Assembly (NCBI RefSeq): GCF_023055435.1
Contig: NW_025963779.1
Coordinates: forward strand, 90,458,001 to 90,522,000
Length of the DNA: 64,000 bases
Reading direction: 5' to 3'
Origin: Haliotis rufescens
Taxonomy: Eukaryota
This document shows, one piece after another, positions 61,075 to 64,000 of the stretch. A program made the translations under genes and the position numbers. The notes beneath the pieces are model-generated. The model was not told the origin of the DNA, ran no database searches, and saw nothing but the letters and a program-made list of their open reading frames with translations. How positions within the stretch are numbered: position 1 is the stretch's first letter; each line of letters begins with the position of its first letter.

Positions 61075-64000
61075 ATGATGTGTGAAGTACGGACATCTAT
61101 GGAAGTTGATGAGACAGCTGTGTCCAAGACATGCAATATGGTCATCAAGACGGAACAGATCGCTCCTGATGAGGCCGGGGGATCACGTACACATCGTAGT
61201 AATGAGATGGATACTGAAGATGATGTCACAGGGCCATATACTGATCGAACTGATCATGAAGTCGAGGCAGAGTCACATTGTAGTGATTACAGAGAAAGTG
61301 CACACCCTTCAGAAACACATGATAAACATATCGTCCTTCCAGTTGAACAGTCGAGAAGAAAACAACCAATCAGAAAGTCTTCAGTGTGTATGTATACGAA
61401 TCAATTAGACAAAAGAGCCAAGGAGCCAATGAGGGAACAAGACAGTGAGCCTGGGTGTTGGGTGAAGACGAGCACTGGTATGCCTGTGATCAAGAAGGAA
61501 GATCGTGATCCAGATGATGCCAACAAACTCGTGTATGAGGAGCATTGGGGGACAGAGTGTGAAGATCAGTTTGCTGTCTACTTGAATGAAAACGCAGACA
61601 TGAAGTTTGACAACCAGACGGATTCACCTGTGTCTTGGAATACTGGAGAATACCAGGTTGATTCACCAATGGTGGATGTTCCTTATCAGTGTGAAGAGGA
61701 CCAGATGGAGGGTGTCACTGAGCAGGTTAAGGTGGAACCAGTGGATGTACTGTCAGAAGCAGCAGCAGCAGCAGCAGGTGGAGGACACAGGACCCTGACA
61801 ACACCACCGCTACTTTCTGTGTCCGATTCTTCACCTGTATTTCATGTCAATAGCTCCAGAAATGATCAATTGAAACCAGGGGTCATCTTTCAAAATATCT
61901 CAGATCAAGTTAAAAGTGGAGAATTTGATGTATCAGGTGATTTTGAATCAAATGTCGAGGATGGATCTCGGTGCGGGACGAGGGAGAGTCCTGTGGACCA
62001 AGAAATCCAACTCAACCAAGCAAGTGATTCTGATTCAGCTGACATTGCAATTCCATGTAAAGAATGTGAGATGGAGTACTCCTCTCGTGCTGAGTTTGAG
62101 AAGCATCAGGAATTGTACAGTGGGGCCAGTGTCAAGTACTATTGTCCAACCTGTAAGCAGCAGTTGATGTCCAAGTGCCAGTTACTCCAGCATTCACACA
62201 GACATGGAGGCATCAGCAGGAAGTCATCGCACAACAGCCACCTCTCATCATCCAAACCAGCATATGGGGGAAAGCGTAATGTAAGAACATGCCGCTACCT
62301 TGAAAAACTGAAAACACAATTGCACTTGAGACATGGTGAGATTATTGTGTGTTTGGTGTGCAAGAAAAGGTTTAAAGGAAAAGCCATGTTGGTGAAACAC
62401 TTGGGTGAAGATGTGGACTGCAATCCAGACTTTAGTTGCCTGGAGTGCCACGTAGTATTAGCTTCCGAGTGTGCGCTTGTCACCCATCTTACGCTCCACA
62501 AGCAGCCTGAAAAAAGTGATGAGTATTTCATGTGCCCAGAGTGTGGCAAGTTCTTCTTCACATCTTGGGATGCGTATCTTAGACATGTGAGAAACGAGTG
62601 TCTTCACTTCTGCCGAGTCAGTGTCTTCACGTGTAGGGTGTGTGGAAATAAGCTGAAGAGCTTTACTCAATTCTTAGCCCATTTTGAATCGCACTTTTTC
62701 GACTTTCCGTACTGTAAAGAATGTTGCTTCAGGAGCAGCTACAAAGGCAAGCATTACCCTGTGTCAAAACATTCCACTGTGACAAATTGTGTTGTCTGTA
62801 ATGAAAGACTTGTGACGGATTGTCAAAGAGGAAAACATGTGAAGAAGCATGGGAATGAAGTGAAGGACTCTGCTGTCTCTGAATACAAATGTCCTGACTG
62901 TGCAGAGGAGACACTGTTTGAAACCAAGAATATCTTGTGGTATCACAGAGTGGTCAGTCACAAGGTAGTGGAACAGTTCTCTTGTAATCACTGTGATTGT
63001 GTTCTGTCCTCCCGACACATGTTACAAGCACATATCAGGGCAGTGCACGTCAAACAGGTGTGGCTTGCTGGAGATAGACCAAAAATGAGCAAGGGAAAAA
63101 CCTTAAAGGTTATCACTTCAACTGTTGGGAAACACGCTGCTGAATCTGATGCAAAAGACGTCAATCCTGAAAGGGATTCCCAAGGTCACCTTGAACTTGA
63201 AGGGCAAGAAAATGTAAAACTTGGGAACGAAACAAACCAGACATCAAAAATGAAAACAAATACTGTGAATCCTTCCGCTCCTTCACCGAAAACTCTTCCA
63301 GCTATTTTAGACAGGAAAAGGAAACACAGGCCAACATTATTAAGCAGCAAGAACAGGAAAGCAGTCACAACTAAGATCTGGAATACAGTTACAACTAAGA
63401 TTGGGAATGCGGTCACAACTAAGATCGAGAATGCAATCATAACTAAGATCGGGAATGCGGTCACAACTAAGCCTCCACTGAAGTCATATGGGGAGCCGGC
63501 TGTTGAAATAGATGTAGCAGATGAAGCACTGGCTCAAGAAGACAATACTTCAGCGGGTTATACACAAAGTCAACCTCAAGGTCCTCTTGAAGGAGAACAG
63601 AAGCTTCCAGTTAAGAAGAAAAGAAAACCAAGGAAACAGGTAATTAAAATAGCTCCGCTGCTCCCAGAGGAGGAGACAGAAGACCCTCTGATTTATCCTC
63701 AAGGTCACCTTGGAGAAGACCAGAGTGTAACAAGGGAGATAACTGGACCTGTGATTCCAGTCAGCCATGGGATAATCCAAGTGAGACAGAAGATGGATTT
63801 AGTTATGAACACTGATCCATATCAACCTGAGCATAAAAATAGAAGTAAAGTGTTTGTGGAGAAAGACATTGGTGAACCTGCTGCTGAAAAGAATTTGGCC
63901 ACCCCTGTGACTGTAAATGAAATCGAGGGAGATGTTCACTTAGGATGTGAATCAGAAAATGTCTCAAAGGCTCCACTCTTGATGAAGCAGAAGAAAGATT
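61075..64000 (+). CDS. Second, divergent ZNF532/592/687-like zinc-finger gene; at least 975 aa, runs off the window; absent from the ORF track
   Basis: Manual translation is stop-free from ATG 61075 (MMCEVRTSMEVDE...) to 64000. Fingers: CKECEMEY...VKYYCPTCKQQLMSKCQLLQH, CLECHVVLASECALVTH, CPECGKFFFTSWDAYLRHVRNECLHFCRVSVFTCRVC. Acceptor ttttacag| at 61018. Confidence 0.88.
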   Translation, partial: MMCEVRTSMEVDETAVSKTCNMVIKTEQIAPDEAGGSRTHRSNEMDTEDDVTGPYTDRTDHEVEAESHCSDYRESAHPSETHDKHIVLPVEQSRRKQPIRKSSVCMYTNQLDKRAKEPMREQDSEPGCWVKTSTGMPVIKKEDRDPDDANKLVYEEHWGTECEDQFAVYLNENADMKFDNQTDSPVSWNTGEYQVDSPMVDVPYQCEEDQMEGVTEQVKVEPVDVLSEAAAAAAGGGHRTLTTPPLLSVSDSSPVFHVNSSRNDQLKPGVIFQNISDQVKSGEFDVSGDFESNVEDGSRCGTRESPVDQEIQLNQASDSDSADIAIPCKECEMEYSSRAEFEKHQELYSGASVKYYCPTCKQQLMSKCQLLQHSHRHGGISRKSSHNSHLSSSKPAYGGKRNVRTCRYLEKLKTQLHLRHGEIIVCLVCKKRFKGKAMLVKHLGEDVDCNPDFSCLECHVVLASECALVTHLTLHKQPEKSDEYFMCPECGKFFFTSWDAYLRHVRNECLHFCRVSVFTCRVCGNKLKSFTQFLAHFESHFFDFPYCKECCFRSSYKGKHYPVSKHSTVTNCVVCNERLVTDCQRGKHVKKHGNEVKDSAVSEYKCPDCAEETLFETKNILWYHRVVSHKVVEQFSCNHCDCVLSSRHMLQAHIRAVHVKQVWLAGDRPKMSKGKTLKVITSTVGKHAAESDAKDVNPERDSQGHLELEGQENVKLGNETNQTSKMKTNTVNPSAPSPKTLPAILDRKRKHRPTLLSSKNRKAVTTKIWNTVTTKIGNAVTTKIENAIITKIGNAVTTKPPLKSYGEPAVEIDVADEALAQEDNTSAGYTQSQPQGPLEGEQKLPVKKKRKPRKQVIKIAPLLPEEETEDPLIYPQGHLGEDQSVTREITGPVIPVSHGIIQVRQKMDLVMNTDPYQPEHKNRSKVFVEKDIGEPAAEKNLATPVTVNEIEGDVHLGCESENVSKAPLLMKQKKD

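Overview
Eukaryotic, intron-rich animal DNA. The SINE families with (ACTC)n tails recall gastropod (abalone-like) repeats, which is an inference from memory. Left half: a cluster of three paralogous JmjC-hydroxylase-type (Cupin_8-like) 2-oxoglutarate/Fe(II) oxygenase genes, assembled by hand from GT-AG exons. Gene A (-) has only exon 1 in the window. Gene B (+) has 7 exons and 398 aa. Gene C (-) has 7 exons and ~470 aa. All three start with a signal-peptide-like segment. B and C keep an intact HxD...H iron triad and end in ER-retrieval signals (HDEL, HDEF), and B has an EF-hand-like loop, so they look like ER-luminal JmjC oxygenases. Right half: two tandem ZNF532/592/687-family zinc-finger genes with very large coding exons; the second (61075 to window end) is missing from the ORF track. 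Introns and spacers hold minisatellites (two copied from splice junctions), four SINE-like families, hAT/Harbinger/Mutator-type MITEs, Helentron-like elements, a decayed mariner with three nested insertions and a 1.7-kb tandem duplication. There are two assembly gaps. Most short ORFs in the track are repeat artefacts.
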